NCBI GenBank assembly: GCA_026396015.1
Contig: JAPLXP010000003.1
Coordinates: 26,626-90,625, forward strand
Reading direction: 5' to 3'
Source of the DNA: Candidatus Nomurabacteria bacterium
GTDB lineage: Bacteria; Patescibacteriota; Minisyncoccia; Phycocordibacterales; UBA9973
DNA length: 64,000 nt
Positions 63,007 to 64,000 of the stretch are shown one piece after another; position 1 is the first letter of the stretch; every line of letters starts with the position of its first letter. The translations under genes were made by a program, and so were the position numbers. Below the pieces are notes generated by a model, which was not told the origin of the DNA, did no database searches, and worked only from the letters and a program-made list of their open reading frames with translations.

Positions 63007-63390
63007 ATGGATAAAGAGTTTGATGAGTGGAATATACAAAAGAAGAATTTAAATTCTAAATTCGAATTATTTTCAAACATAAGAGAAATTTGGTGGTGTT
63101 CACTTGGTCTAAATATAGGAGTTGAGATTGATGGTAAAAATCAAAATTTTGAACGCCCAGTTTTAATATTGAAAGTATATAATAAAAATATGATTTTAGT
63201 TGCTCCACTATCTACAAAATTTAAAGATAATCCGTATTATTTTCCAGTTAAAATTTCAGAAAATAAAACTTCATATGTAATTCTTTCACAATCAAGATTG
63301 GTTAGTAGTAAACGATTGGTAAGAAAAATAAGTCGTTTAAATAAAAAATCATTTGAAAAGGTTATAAATGCTTTTAAAAATCATATATAA
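63007..63390 (+). CDS. PemK/MazF-family toxin-like protein (no adjacent antitoxin ORF)
   Basis: EIWWCSLGLNIGVEIDGKNQNFERPVLIL...VAPLSTK...RLVRKISRLNKKSFEKVINAF parallels MazF/PemK (EIWLVDLGP..GSEQ.G.RP.L.V...v.PlT....RLVRKLGRLSEEDMEKVDEAL). Confidence 0.55.
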   Translation: MDKEFDEWNIQKKNLNSKFELFSNIREIWWCSLGLNIGVEIDGKNQNFERPVLILKVYNKNMILVAPLSTKFKDNPYYFPVKISENKTSYVILSQSRLVSSKRLVRKISRLNKKSFEKVINAFKNHI

Positions 63391-63593
63391 AACAATCGGA
63401 CCCCCCACTTTCGTGGAGGGTCCTCGGAGCCCGAAGGCCTAATAAACATAATATATCATATATTCTTAAATTCTGCAATATCCACACAAAACCCTTTAAA
63501 ATATGAACATTTTTACTCATTGACAAAATGGGTATTTTTATGCTATAATATACACAATAAATAAGTTTTTTAAAATTTAAACCAAAATAAAAA

Positions 63594-63785
63594 ATGAAAA
63601 CATCAGTATTCTGTGGATTTATCCTAATTGCATTGTTTGCCGTAGTAATCGGTTTCAATGCATTTTTCCCAACATTATCTACTCCTGAACAGAAAGTAAA
63701 CTGTTCATTGTTGGCATTACTTTCCCTTGTAGTTGGAATGGGCTTACTGGTCTATAGTAGAAATAAAGGATATAAAATTCTTTAA
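63594..63785 (+). CDS. Small two-TM membrane protein
   Basis: 63 aa, two hydrophobic helices. Confidence 0.3.
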   Translation: MKTSVFCGFILIALFAVVIGFNAFFPTLSTPEQKVNCSLLALLSLVVGMGLLVYSRNKGYKIL

Positions 63786-63820
63786 AAAATAAAATCGTTA
63801 TCTTAATTAAAGGGTAACGG

Positions 63821-63853
63821 TTTTTTTGTTACCCAATCTATTAATGATATAAT
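63821..63853 (+). promoter_or_regulatory. Sigma70-like promoter, copy 2 of the 33-bp direct repeat
   Basis: tttttttgttacccaatctattaatgatataat. Precedes ATG at 63860. Confidence 0.45.
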
Positions 63854-63859
63854 AATCGG

Positions 63860-64000
63860 ATGATTAAAGCTGAGTCATTTATTTTTTATGGATATAAAAT
63901 TAATCCTAAAAAATCTAGAATAGAATTTACTTATAGAATTGAATTAAAAAACGGTAAAACTAGAACCTACACAGATAACTTATTCTTTAAAAATGTTACA
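63860..64000 (+). CDS. Hypothetical protein, partial (continues past window end)
   Basis: ATG 6 nt after the promoter copy. MIKAESFIFYGYKINPKK.... Confidence 0.3.
   Translation, partial: MIKAESFIFYGYKINPKKSRIEFTYRIELKNGKTRTYTDNLFFKNVT

Overview
This is an AT-rich (~35% GC) window whose gene content fits a small-genome Patescibacteria/CPR-type bacterium. Recognisable genes include ksgA, a UvrD-family helicase, a LysM-M23 peptidase, comM, a dksA-like gene, pnp, rpsO, xerD-like, xth, a CCA-adding enzyme, four tRNAs plus tRNA fragments, HU, RNase P RNA, RNase Y, a histidine kinase, clpP, tig, ppa and nusA. From about 45 kb to the end there is a tuf/S10/spc ribosomal-protein superoperon running from tuf to map, with no L30 or L29 at the canonical positions and an archaeal-type UMP kinase between adk and map. 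The superoperon is interrupted three times by toxin-antitoxin genes: DinJ/YafQ between rplB and rpsS, HicB/HicA plus three other genes between rplE and rpsZ, and a solitary MazF-like gene after map. The most unusual signal is a three-copy structured-RNA-like element (~115-150 nt; copies near 14.4 kb, 15.9 kb and 33.2 kb). Each copy has a conserved core, a hairpin with a tetranucleotide loop (UGGU on the + strand, ACCA on the other) whose stem covaries, and a 15-17-bp terminal helix whose sequence differs between copies while staying complementary. Each copy sits immediately 5' of a minus-strand gene (comM, a membrane protein, clpP). Other notable items: a family of CTAG-built palindromic intergenic repeats around highly expressed genes; a ~5.3-kb secreted Ig-repeat giant protein split by a 32-bp indel in a tandem repeat, followed by three paralogous small fibre-like proteins; a 1626-aa low-complexity giant protein; and a tRNA-rich locus with tRNA gene fragments and a recurring GTTACATGTGTAAC motif.
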